Shown here: one piece after another, positions 49,768 to 62,130 of the stretch
Layout: each line of letters starts with the position of its first letter
How positions within the stretch are numbered: position 1 is the stretch's first letter
Assembly: GCA_001179505.1 (NCBI GenBank)
Contig: CDMY01000077.1
Location: 124,001 to 188,000 of the forward strand
DNA length: 64,000 nucleotides
From: Vitrella brassicaformis CCMP3155
Lineage: Eukaryota; Protista; Chromerida
Reading direction: 5' to 3'
The notes under the pieces: generated by a model
What the model saw: the letters and a program-made list of their open reading frames with translations, nothing else
Database searches by the model: none
What the model was told of the DNA's origin: nothing
Made by a program: the position numbers and the translations under genes

Positions 49768-51453
49768 TCAGCTGATGCCCAACGACACCCACTGCCCTGT
49801 CTGGTCGACGAAGCCCAGGCGGCCCTACTGGAACTGACAGTCGTCATTGCCCTCCTCGTTGTTGAAGCCCTTGACCACCCCCTCCAGCCCGTGGGCACGC
49901 ACCTCATCCAGCCGAGCGCGATGCACCACCTCGCGCACCCCCCGCCGCCTGTGTGTGTGGTGGGGCCCGGCGTCGACGGCGAAGCACTGCAGCTGCGGCA
50001 CACGCACCGTCTGGCCGTCAGACCCCCGACTCCACCCGCCCACCACCTCCCGGTTGCTGACCGTCTTGGTCGCCGCCCACTCGACGAAATGCCCAACGGC
50101 CCCCCGGACGCGCCGCTTGAGTGCCGACTCATTGGTGAGGAATTGGTCGATGGCGGTGAGTGCGGCGGGCGGGTGGTGCAGGAAGGCCCCGATCTTCCAT
50201 GCGATGGCGGCCGCCTCCTGTGGTCCGAATGAGAGTGGCGAGGGGGAGGGCGGGTGGGGGAGGGAGGCGTCCTCGTCGTTGTGATCCACCAGAGGCAGGA
50301 TGCGCGTCATGAGGATGTCGGCGTCGCGCTGGGGGGCGAGGGCGGCGTTGATGGCGCCCATGACGACGAAGGGCAGCTCGTTGAGTACAACCACATACTC
50401 CTTCAGCACCAGCTCACGCCGCTCGCGCTCGATGGGTGTGGTGGTGGGCAGCACATTTGTCGAGAGGTCGGCCCCCGCCCGCAGCAGGGACCGGACCACC
50501 AGCTTGCGGTTGCGAATGAGCTCAGCCGTCTGAATGAACTCAGCCGTCTGGTCCGGTAGGTTGCCGTCACCATCCCACTGCTCAAATAGGAATTGCAGCC
50601 CACCAGCGGCATGCCAGAGCTGCGGGTGACCTTGTACAGGGTTGATGTCAGCGGGAGTGGCAAGACGCTCGCACAGATAGTCCACCACCCAGTGGTTGCC
50701 GCAAAAGACGGCATTGGAGAGTGCGTGGCACACTGTGGCTGCCGGTATGGGGTCCCCGTGCTGCAAGATGGTGTCAATGTACTCGTAAACGAAGGCCTTG
50801 GACAGATGGGCCAGTGAAAGAGCAGCTGAGATCACCGCACGGCCACTCAGTGAAGGGTCATGCTGCATCAGTCGGCGGGCCACACCGATGAGGGCATCGT
50901 CATAGGCCTGCGATGGCCGGAGGCGAGGGAACGGGGGCATGGGGAAGGCTACACCATCAAGTCGGTTTGTGGCCAGCAGCACCTCCACCGCGTCAATGTT
51001 GCCCGTCACGAACGCCACACCGATCGGCTCCATGAACGACCAAGAGGGATGATGGCGGTTGACGTTGGCCCCGCAGCTGATGAGCGCGTCGAGTATCTCG
51101 CGCTGCAGCTGCCGGGTCGCCCACAGTGTGAGCAGCAGGGGCGTCTTGAGGTCCGACTCCATCCGCCACACATAGGGAACGCTGCCGGTCGGGTCGTCAA
51201 TCGCCAGCGACAGCAGCGGCACCCACTTGGTGGACGAATGGACTCCAAATGCCTTATCGCGGAAGCCGACCAGCGCGTCGGGGTCGGCTCCTTTGGTCTG
51301 GATCAGTCGAGTGGCGATGGCGAGCGTCAGCTCACGGCGCAGAATGCGGTGGACGAGGCGCTTTGTGGCGGGGCTGGTGCTGGGTTGCCAGCAGAGGTCG
51401 ATGCCGTCATTCAGCAGAGGCGGCTGGGCGGTGCTATCCGGCTGATCGGACAT
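49768..51453 (-). CDS. Intronless ankyrin-repeat-like protein of a Vitrella-type lineage-expanded family, with a premature TAG at 49825-49827
   Basis: Ankyrin-like segments (LISCGANVN, PIGVAFVTGNIDAVEVLL, VVRSLLRAGAD) and the family C-terminus SFGPQEAAAIAWKIGAFL..NREVVGG..LQCFAV..REVVHRARLDE..GVVKGFN..DCQFQ*GRLGFVDQTGQWVSLGIS*. Confidence 0.8.
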
Positions 51454-51593
51454 GGTGATGGATGACGTCTGCAACACACAGGCAGGACAACACGCCTCAT
51501 CAATGCTTCCCTTCATCCCTCGTCTTACGCTTCCAAGAACCGATCGACCAAGTCCATCCTGAAGCAGCACGAGACCGCCAAGAAGAAGAAATA

Positions 51594-51893
51594 NNNNNNN
51601 NNNNNNNNNNNNNNNNNNNNNNNNNNNNNNNNNNNNNNNNNNNNNNNNNNNNNNNNNNNNNNNNNNNNNNNNNNNNNNNNNNNNNNNNNNNNNNNNNNNN
51701 NNNNNNNNNNNNNNNNNNNNNNNNNNNNNNNNNNNNNNNNNNNNNNNNNNNNNNNNNNNNNNNNNNNNNNNNNNNNNNNNNNNNNNNNNNNNNNNNNNNN
51801 NNNNNNNNNNNNNNNNNNNNNNNNNNNNNNNNNNNNNNNNNNNNNNNNNNNNNNNNNNNNNNNNNNNNNNNNNNNNNNNNNNNNNNNNNNNNN
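51594..51893. other. Assembly gap (300 N)
   Basis: Run of N. Confidence 1.
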
Positions 51894-52301
51894 CACTTCT
51901 TCACCCGCTTGACTGAGCAGCTGTTGACGAGGCAGGGGTGGTCAGATAGGGGGCGAGGGCGGGTGCATGGGTGGCTGCGTGCTCGTTTGTCTGTTGCATT
52001 GGTGCGGGCTGCTAGCCTGTGTTTGAGGGGCGGGAGGCAGTCATGGCGTGGTGTTGGGGCGATGGACGGGGCTGGGGTGTTCTCATCGGATGAGTGAGCG
52101 TGCCCTTTGTGCATAGGCATATGTGGATAGATTCATGGAGGCGATTTGGACAAGCGAGTGCATGGATGCCATCTGTCAATTATCTCTTCCCTCTGAAAAA
52201 AAAATACAGGATGAGAAGGGAGCCTGGAGAAGGCGACCAGAGCGTCTGATCTCGAGTCTACCGTGTAGGATGAGAATGGATTGGCGTTGATAAGGCGATA
52301 G

Positions 52302-53555
52302 ATGCCGGCGACTGTTCGTCGCTGCGCATCGGTCCGCCTGTCTGACCGGGTGAAACGGACGCTCACCGTACTGATTGGCGTCATCGCCATCACGCCCGAC
52401 GCACTCTTACTGCGGTCAGCCCAATCAAACAAGCAAGAAAACAAGCAGGCATTTTATGCAGTCGCTGTTTTTGTGTTCGGTTCGTGTGTGTGCAGGCAGG
52501 TGCAGCACTTCAGCATATGGACGATCATATTTTTCCGGTCTGCTTTGGCAGCGGCTGTGCTTCTGGTGGTGGTGCTGGCGACCACGCACTCATCGCGGCG
52601 GCTGTCGACCTTCACAGAGGGCGGCGCGTCGGTTCTGTTTTGCATCGTGCCGTTCATCGTGTCGATGGCGTGCTTCCCCTCCGCCATTGTGTCGACGACT
52701 GCCGCCAACGCACTCGGCATCTACTCATCCAACCCGATCTTCGCCGCCTTGCTGGCCTACCTGCTGCTGGGCGAGCGGATTGCCGTCAGCCTGGCCGTGG
52801 CGATTGTGCTCGTGCTGACCGGCATCGTTTTGGTGTTTGTGGCTGACTTTCGCGCCGGCCGTGTGTTGGGCAATGTGCTGGCACTGGTGACTGCGGCGGC
52901 TCTTGCGGGCTACCTGGTGGGCATCCGATACGTGGGCACCCGCCACCCTCGAGTGGACGCCAGGGTGCTTGCCGTGTACGCGTTGGCGTGTTCTGTGGTG
53001 ATTGTGGCGTGCGTTGGGATCGACATGCGGCCCTTCTCGCCGAGCTATGTGGAGATGGCATGGTTCGTGGCCATGGGCGGTGTCTGCTACCCTGTAGCCA
53101 TCGTCGCTGTCAACATTGCACCCAGGTACAGCGAGCGAGAGAGGGGGCAGGGAAGCTCCCAGCTGGACACAATCTGAACGACCGTCTTATTCTTTCTCTG
53201 TTGGTGTCCACTGTGAAGGTATCTGCATCCTGCCGAGGTGGCGCTGTACATGTGTCTCGAGACCGTCCTCGGCCCTCTGCTTCTCTTCGCTGTCCAAGGC
53301 GAGAGGCCCACCCGCCTGGCGCTTGTCGGTGTGTCCCTCGTGGTTGTGTCTCTGGCGGGCCAGTCGGCCGTCACTCTGTGGATTGACTACCGCAGCTCCG
53401 ACCAGGCCACCACAACGATCGAGACGGCGAATGGCGCGGCACTCAAGAGTGATGGGGATGGCGAGGATTCACGGCTGGCTGCCGCCACACAGGCGTATGG
53501 GAGCAATGACAGCCAGGCGGTGGGGGGCAGCCAAGAGTCTTTTTCGGACGTATGA
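52302..53555 (+). CDS. EamA/DMT superfamily transporter (~10 TM)
   Basis: Three exons with PDALLLR, IIFFRS, TTAANALGIYSSNPIFAALLAYLLLGER, GNVLALVTA and YLHPAEVALYMCLETVLGPLLLFAVQGERP, i.e. two EamA repeats. Confidence 0.9.
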
Positions 53556-54408
53556 GAGAGTGACTGGGTGTGGGCTGTGAGCACATGTGTGTGTGCGGGA
53601 AAATAGGCACTGTTGGTAGTTGTGCTCTTTTGTAGTATGGACGTTTGACAGTATCACTGCGTCCACTGGTCGGAGTGACCTGTGTGTATTTGTTGACAAC
53701 ACACGTGTGTGTGTTGGCATGTGTGCAATTCGTTCGACTGATGGTCGGTCGTCATTTTTCTCTCTGTGTGTGTCATTTTGGACACATTACGTACATATGT
53801 GTATACGTATACACGTGTGTGTGCGTACAGATGCGGACATGTAATTGTAATGGATCGGTTGACTCAGTGAAGGAGCGTCTTTATCTGCCAATCGATCGAC
53901 CGACTGAGTGAGTCATTGGCTAACGTACTGTGTCTGCCATCGATCGTCATGATGGTGCCAGGCTGCCGGGTGACGATGGCCGTCTGTCTGCTTCTCCTCT
54001 GTCTCACCATGGTGCGTATCCCAACACACACAACACGCAGCAGACAGCCGCAGCTCATTCACAGTGTGTGTGTCGTTGCTTGCTGCAGGTGCTGCGTCAG
54101 TCGAGTGGCGGCCGCGCCTCATCGGTGAGTCGGTTTGACTTCATGCGCTACGACGGCCGGCCATTCGTGGCTGACAACTCATTCGTCAAGTGAGCAGAGA
54201 GGGACCAATGATGGCTGGTTGATGTATGTGTGCCGTGTGTGTGCAGTGGTGGTGCGGATCGTCCTCTGGGTGTGTTCAAGCCGGGCCCCTCGCTCGCGAT
54301 GCAGAAGGCACGGGAGCTGGCCAGGCAGAGGAAAGAGCGCAGGAGATATGAGAGGGACGCACGCAAATCCATCGCCTACTAGTGAGTGCACGCATGACAG
54401 ACAGACAG

Positions 54409-54441
<33 letters not shown>

Positions 54442-55316
54442 GCCAGTTACGAGAAGGAGTACCAGCACGACAGCGACTTCCCAGTCCCATCAATCCCATC
54501 ACTCCGGTTAGTTCAGCCGACAGGCTTGTGATGATCGAAGGATGTCGTGTCGTGTCGTGTGTAGGCTGAAGGACGTGTCGTTCCCGCGGTCCACCATCGT
54601 GTGACGAGGAGTCAGACAGAGCAGACACACAAGAACCGACTGCCGGATCCGTGCAATGCATAAGAGAACCACTATATGTGAACACATGAAGAGGACACAC
54701 AGACACAAACAAGGTACCATGCAGCAGGTGGAAATGAATCATGAATGGGCGAGTGCAAATGCCGCAACGCATCGTCAAGTGCAAGCAAGCACGCATTCTA
54801 CTCATGAATCCACTGCATGCAGCCAATCGATCCGAGACGGCCAGCTTCGCGACCGAGAATTTGCGTTTGGACAGGAGGCGAAGGCTGAATCAATTCTCCC
54901 GATCAAGCAGGTCATCGCTGACGACTCACACCAAGGCGAGCTGGTCCAGGCATCGGCTACCTGTCCTAGTCGGCATTTTTCTCCTTCTGGATCAGGGCTG
55001 CGCACTGACGGGAGGGGAGCACACTGACGGGAGGGGAGTTCAGTGTCAGCCATCTGATTGTCAGCCAGTGTAAGCCGATCTGATTGTCAGCCCAGCCACT
55101 ATTTGTTGAGTCAAGGGCATCCCCCAGCTCCGCATGCAGACCCCCGACACGTGTCGAGAATGGCCGTGGCGACGCGAGCGGAACTTGGCCGCCTTTATCG
55201 TCCCTGCTGCAGGCGGTGAGTAACTCGCAGCGGTGGGCGCCGCACGAGCTCACGTGTGAAGGAGAGTCTGCACGCCGCCGCGCGTGGTATGAATGTGTGT
55301 GTCTGTCTCTCTGCAG

Positions 55317-56520
55317 GCAAGCGCTGTCGGTCGGCGGCTGCTACCACCACTTCCAGCATCTCGGTTGGCGCTGCTGCCCCAAGCACGCGGCGGCCCTACA
55401 TACAAGGAGGTCGTCGCCATCCACTGCGAGAAGCTCATGCGCAGCCACCCCGACTTCGACGCCTTCACACAGATGAGGTCCCGCATGTCACTACTCAGCG
55501 AAAAGCAGGGCGGTACAAAGCAGAGTAGTACATTACGGAGACCCTCCGTCGGCTGTTGGAGAGGTACATACGTTGAGAGGCGTCAGCGGTATGTATACAA
55601 TACATGCAAAGTGTCTGTCTGCAGACCTGGACCACGCGTAGACGCCTGCCGCAACGTCTGCCTTTCACAGCTTGGGCGTTAAGATAGCGACATATGGTCC
55701 AGCCGACATTTCGAGCCACCCACGATTCCCCAGCACGGGCACAGGGTCCGGCAAGGAGCCCCTCATGGCTACGGCGTACATGCGCCAGCTCCTTTCGCCT
55801 ACCTACCACATTATCAACATACCATGGCGACTGCAGAAGGGTTGCGTCGCCATGATAAGGATGACGATTCCCCTCGTCCACTTGTGGCGGGAGATGTACC
55901 CGTTGGGATACCCCCTCTCGGCTGTCGACTATGCCAGCATCCTCGTCATCGTTGAAGCACTCGAGCGCCGCATGCTGCAGCACTCCCAGTTCTATATCCA
56001 GCAAAACTGAGGTCAAGAATTCTTGCTTTGTGCAAGTTTTTCTTACCTGGACACACTGTACAGTCTTCCCTCACACGACGCACAGTGACCGGCGCCTATC
56101 CCCCTGTCGCTCGATAGCGGAGATCTGTCAGATCTACCAGCGATGGAGAAGGGCGAGAACTCAGATGAAGAGCAGTAAGGGACTAAAGAAGAGACAGAGA
56201 ACAACACTTAGCGTTGCCTCTTTGTGGTTTTCATTTTTATCTGTCTTCGTTTGGGTACAAAACTCTGAAGGATCCTGACGCAACAGAGACATACACCCGT
56301 TCGACACGCATCGGGACGGTCGAGATGTGGATCCTGTCCGCTGGGCGTGTCCTTCATGCCTTTCTAGCGATTGAGGGACGACCTGTGCGTGACGGATCTC
56401 GACAACGAGTCGGCGGAGCAGGAAGAGTACTGGGACAATATGCAATGCCTCATCTATGACGAGGTCTCAATGCTCAACGATAGCTTCTTCGGTCAGAACG
56501 CCACGAAACTGCAGAAGAAC
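55317..56520 (+). pseudogene. Degenerate PIF1-helicase / Helitron-like coding fragments
   Basis: EEYWDNMQCLIYDEVSMLNDSFF (PIF1 motif II, LIIDEISM), SAGRVLHAFLAI (motif Ib, G.TlHs.l.i) in a different frame, and GPTYKEVVAI..RSHPDFDAF (Helitron RepHel-like PT..EVAAI..HP.YD.L). Confidence 0.5.
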
Positions 56521-57642
56521 CGAAAGACAACGTCGATGACACCGAGGACGTGTCTGCATGTGCACTTGGAAATTCGGCTCAAGGACTCCGGTGCCGTGCC
56601 GTATTCGGCCAAGGAGGTTGGGGTGTATCTTATCTATCTGATAAAAGAGGTGGCCGAATGTCACCCCGCGTAAGCACCGAGGGAGAGACGGAGTGGGGAA
56701 TACCTACCCATCCCTTTTGTGCCTGTCTTGGGTTCAGTGATGCGGAGGCATTCAGTCTCAACCCAAACGTGCACTACACGTTCGCCAACTTCCTCATGGC
56801 CGAGATTCAGCACGGCTTTCGTCTGCTGGACGATTTACGTGTTGAGAACGGTGACGGTCCGTATTACATCGCCAACTACCGAGCGGCCCTGATCTCGACA
56901 ACGTCAATGACGTCGAGCATCTTTGCCAAGCCTGTTCTCTACCACCCCTTCGAGAAAGGCAAGAAGAAAAAGGCGACGCGACGGCGGGCTATATCAAGTA
57001 GCTCCTCCTACCATTGAGTATTTGAGACGGGATTACAAGGAGGTCAGCCGACGATGTCATACACATTTTATGCATTGGAGGTGATCCCACCCCCTCCCCA
57101 TCCCCCTTCTCCGATTTCGGAAATGTTTTTGGACTAGTCAGCGAAGGGCATTCATGACACTGCTATGGTCTCACCAATGTATTGGGGTTAGTCAAGGAAG
57201 GGCATTCATGGTGCTGCTGTGGTGGTGCTTTTATTCGCCCACAGGCACCCCCCCAGGCACAGTCCTAGAACACATGCTACGAATAGACATCCATAGCTTG
57301 TATTCTTCATGCTACCGGCCGCTCCTCCTTTCTGCTCCTCTCTGTGCATGTGAAATGTGAACGCTCTGAATGAGACACAAGTCAGACAATCAACTGCCAT
57401 GCATCTGTCGGACCGGTGGGCACATGAGTTAAAGCGTATTCGCCTTTATGATATATGACATAGAGACGGATGCACGTCCACACACAGACGTCCACACACA
57501 CACATGCACACACGCAGCGACCGTCATCTCGCAAATTGCTGCTGGCTTAGACACACACTCTAACTAATATATGCTCACTTGAATTGCCGAGCACAATCAC
57601 TCACCCGCGCTAATTAGCAGCTAGCTCTCATCGGCCAGCCAA

Positions 57643-60600
57643 TCATTCCTTTCTGCCAGCCTGCCTCTCTGCCCCTCGGTCGTCGGCCGATGCCTTCCAA
57701 TGGGCGAATTTGCTCCACATCTTGCCGCCCTCTGGTATCGCCGGCATGTTAATGGCCACCCTGTCCTTCCACTCCGTCACAGACTGACCCGTCACCGTCA
57801 ATGCCGAAGTCACTCGGCTGGACACCTGGTCACGGAGGAAGCTTGTCAGCGGACCCGACGGCACCGTAGGCTGCATGCCGTTGACTGCACTAGCCGAAGC
57901 CGCTGCGGCACCGTCCCTGCCCCCAAACGGCGATCTGAATGGGGGCGGTGGTGAGGTGGCAAACCGAGATGCCGGCCCGCCATACAGCGGCGTTGACGCC
58001 ACCGGCAGCAGGGGGAATCGGGGCGCCACGGGGTTGAGAGTGGGTGCGTTCTGACTGGGCACCTGGACGGCACCGGAGGGCTGGAGGGAGTCTGTGGACT
58101 GCTGCTGAGTGGGGGGCGCGGGAGTGGGGTGCTGCCGGGTGTGTGCGACGGGGGGGTTGCTTGCGATGTATTGATGCGCTGGGTTGTAGAGGAATAGGGG
58201 CGATAGCAGGGAAGCGGTCCCGCCAGCAAATTGCTGAGCGCAACTCCTGCACGAACGAAACAGAAGATACATCATCTCACATGAAGAATGTCGTCAGGGC
58301 ACCTCGCCCGTCTCACCTGATGGTTGTCTGGTAAGTCATGCGATCAACAAGGTCCTCGAAGTAGTGCCCCTCCATCAGTGACAGCAGGTGGTTCAGCGAC
58401 ATCACCCACCCGATGCTGCCCTCCTCACGCACAGTAGCTAGCGACGATAGAGAGGGAGAGGGGCCGTCACCCACCTGGGGCGATGCAGCCGTCACTGCTT
58501 CCCGGGCTGGTGGTGGGGGTGGTGGGCGTGTGAGGTCAGTCTTGTTGCCGAGCAGCCACGCGGGGAGCTTGCAGGACAGGGCCATCTTCAGGAAGGACAA
58601 GTCGAACAAAACCTGACACACAAGTGGTCACCAGGCAGAGATCCGAACTGAAACGCCGTGGGTGTCTCGTCTTGATTGGTTGGCTACCTGAAGTGCATGG
58701 CCGAATGACGGCAGGGTCAGCTCTTGGCTCGCCCCGGGGGCTACCGACTGCTGCGTGGTGGCCGGCTCCCGTTCCCCTCGCCGCCACTTGTGCACGAGGG
58801 CTGGTGGGAGGGCCGTGGTGTAGAGGTCCATGCAGAAGCAGGCCAACGCCGTCTTGACGCCATACAGCAACTCCAGCGACACGTCACCCCGCCTGGCCAT
58901 CGCACAACACACACAAGGCGATAGGTTCACCCTCCACAGCACACCACCCACAAACCTACCTTGTGTTGAGGCAGACCTTGAGCAGCCTCTTGCAGATGAG
59001 CAGGCACAGGTCGAAGATGTACGCGCACACCTGCACGGGCACTCCCACCTCGCCCTTCCCCTCGCCACCACCCTCACCCTCCATCGCCACCGCCGCCCAC
59101 GACGCACCAGCACCCAATGGCGGCGAGTCGAGCGACGGCGACTCAGCAGTCAGCAGCGCCCTGAAGGAGTGCCGCACAAACTCCGTCTGCGCGTTCAGGA
59201 TGAGCTGTGTCCAGGCAGCGTATGCGCAGTGGACTGCTCGCGACAGGAGGGTGAGCAGGCCGGCTCGGTAGGGCAGCAGCGAGGGGTAGAAGTCTGCTTG
59301 CGAGAGGAGGTGGGCAAGGTGGGTGGCTGAGGGGGACGACCGGGCGGATATGCCCATGCGGACGCCGCGAGAGGGCTGGGGTGGGGCATGGGCGGCCTGC
59401 ACACAGAGCAGAGGGACACAGGAAGGAAGGGGAAACAAGCCGTCATCTTCTGTGCGCTCTTCCTCTTCGGGTTTGTTGGCTGACCTGTGATGCCTGCAGG
59501 AGGTCATCAAGATTGCCTGCCAGCACCACCAGCCTCGTCCTAGAGTGCCGCCACCTGTCCAGTAGCACCTCCACGCCTCTCTCCTTCTCCCCCTGGTCCA
59601 CTTCCTCCTTCCACAGCCGGCGCCGCAGCTCCCTGTCCAGCAGCCGCCACAGGGCGTGCAACACCACTGCAAGTGACGCCTCTGTGAGACCCTCCTCCTG
59701 CGCCACTCCCCCCTCCGTCACTGTCGCGGCATCTGCGATGATGTCACCGATCTGTGCGTCGAAGTCGGCGATCCATCCTCGCTGGTCGGTGGGAGGGTGC
59801 TCCTGTTGCCCGATGCCGATGGTGGAGGACCGTCTCTCGCCGAGTCGTGAGGTGGATCGTCTGAGGATGGCCTCGCCGATGGGCCGCCAGCTGCTGGGGC
59901 CGCGAGTGGGGGGAATGTCGAGGTCGTCCTCGTCTTCCGCCTCCTCGTCGGGGAGCAGCCCCCCCTTCTCCCTCACATCGTCCTCGGGCATGCCTGACGC
60001 AAGCCACCCCACACAAACACAGACAGACAGATATGTCGGCGTGTGTGTGTGTGTGTCTTCGTTGCGTGGTGCTGGTGGTGGCGCTCACCGAAGTCCAGCG
60101 GTATGGCCGCTATCCTCCTCTCAATGATCTCCCTGGCGTGCTCGACATAGCTGAGCTCAAAGCTGCCCCACAGGTCCACCACTGGCTCTACAGGAGGGGG
60201 AACAGCAGCGCTGCCACCGCCGGCCTGTGTGGTGATGGTGGCACAAAGGCCCCGCCATGTCGGCGGCCATGGCGCGGCCTGGTCCGCTGGCTGCTGCTGG
60301 CCGCCCTCTGTTGTTGCGAGCTGATCCGTTAACTCCCGTCTGCGAGCAGCGATCGACGAACGCACCTGGAGCGACGGACAAGGAACCGGCCAATGTGACA
60401 GACACACGCATGCCGCATGAGTGTGTTTGTTCTAGTGAGGTGTGCTCACCGTGCTGGTGAGTTGGTGCAGGTGTTTGCAGTAGAGGTCCTCCCTCATGGC
60501 AAGCTGCAGCAGCAGCCCATCCAGGTGCTGCTCCACAGCCCCGCCCCAACGCGACAGGAACCCGCTGGCCACCGTCGCCAGCGCACCCCTCACCCTCGCG

Positions 60601-61865
60601 TCACTCAGGTACCCCTGCAGCCGATCCACCGACGGAAGCACCGTCGGCCGCGACAGGTCGGTCCAGAACCGGAGCGCCTCATCGCCATGCGTCATTTCGA
60701 AGGCCAGGGAGGCCGATGGGGGGCTGGCGGGCGGTCCCGATGTGACCGCCTGGCTGGTCTGGTGGGTGTAAATGTCCCTCTCGAGCGCTCGGACGATGGC
60801 ATAAGACGGCGGGCTGGCGGAGGGGAGGAAGGCGCACTTGGCCATAACGATGGTCGCCTCAAAGACGTAGATGGTGGCCGTCACGTGGTCAGCGATCTCC
60901 TCGAGAGCCGTCTCGATCGACGGCGGCTCTGCCTCCTCCTCCACCCCCTCCTCCTCAATCGCAGGCAGCAAAGGCGGCCGCCCCTCATCCATCGCACCTG
61001 CAGCACCAGCAGCCTTCCGCGGGGCCGTCCACGACGACAAGTCAGTGGTGCAGAGGGCCTGCAGCAGCTCGCTACGCTTGGCCATGAACTGCCGCAGCAG
61101 CTGGGTGCCGGCGGTTGCCTCGTGCTGGGCGAACGGCTGGCTGCCGGGCAGAGTGGGCGAGAGGGAGAGGGAGGGTGAAGGGGTGAGGAGGAGGATGGCC
61201 GCCAGGCAGTCCACCGCATGCACCGCTGTGAGGGCGACCGATGCGAGGGACTCGACACAGTCGGCCACCAGTCGCTGCGGCAGGTCCTGGAACTGCGACC
61301 GGTTCTGCCGCACCAGCTGCTCCACACTGATGTCTGTCGGCGACGGCGAGGACGCTGGGAGGGAGGGGGGCGGGGGATGGGCCGCCCAGCTCTCCTCGAT
61401 GCTGCGGCGCAGTGACGGCGCCTCGATGAGAATGAGGCTGGTGGCCTCGAGGAATCTGTGGTCGCGTAGCTTGGCCCAGACGGCAGCCGACAGCTCCAGC
61501 AGGTACTTGAGCTTCTTTGCCGTCTCGAAGTGTGCCGCTGTGGCCTGGAAGGGGTCCTCTTCGTCGGCCCGCCGGCCGCCCAGTGACTCACTCGCCAGCT
61601 CACGGAGCGACTTGGTGAGTTGCAGGATGTGTGCCGACGAGTCCTGGGCGGTCCGTGCGTGTGTGTGCATCTTCGCCAGCAGGTCGGAGCTCTCGATGAC
61701 ATCTCGGTAGCGGGCTCCCACCAGCTGGCGGATCTCCTCCGACTTGCCCTTGATCTCCCCATCGGTCTTGTCGAGGATGCTGCGGATGGTCGACAGCTTC
61801 TGCTTACGGAACAAATCGTCCACCGATGCCACTCGCATGCCGTTGAGGCCCTGCACAGCCGCCAT
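57643..61865 (-). CDS. COG1: Conserved oligomeric Golgi complex subunit 1 (Vps51/Vps67 domain)
   Basis: DDLFRKQKLSTIRSILDKTDGEIKGKSEEIRQLVGARYRDVIESSDLLAKM (Vps51-domain VG.RYRD motif), KLKYLLELSAAVWAKLRDHRFLEAT and AVDCLAAILLL..QFMAKRS are COG1-type. Multi-exon. Confidence 0.8.
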
Positions 61866-62130
61866 CTTCACCAGCTTTCTCCGGCTCTCTTTGGGGTTAC
61901 AACAGAAGAAGGGTTTTTTGGGGTGAAAGGGTTTCTTTCCCGCTTGCACATCTCTGCAACTTGTACTGTCTCCTAGCGATTTCCCCTTTTGTCGCCCTCG
62001 GCCCAGAGTGCCACCTCGACCCCTAGATCTGTCATCTCTTGCCTCGCGTCCGCATCGGCATGCGCCAGTGCGGACGATAAAGGGAAGGGGAAGGGAAGTT
62101 CACTTCTCCCCCCTGACCGTTCGTCCTGAC

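Noticed and set aside
51520-51593. KSILKQHETAKKKK (SILK-like motif) next to the gap
   Set aside because: Too short and truncated by Ns to interpret.
55730-55760. STGTGSGK as Walker A of the PIF1 relic
   Set aside because: Spacing is not canonical GxxxxGK[ST] and Glu follows the Lys, so it is not used as evidence.
59381-61762. Long plus-strand and alternative-frame ORFs overlapping COG1 (and similar antisense ORFs elsewhere)
   Set aside because: Expected shadow ORFs of GC-rich coding sequence with no independent motifs.
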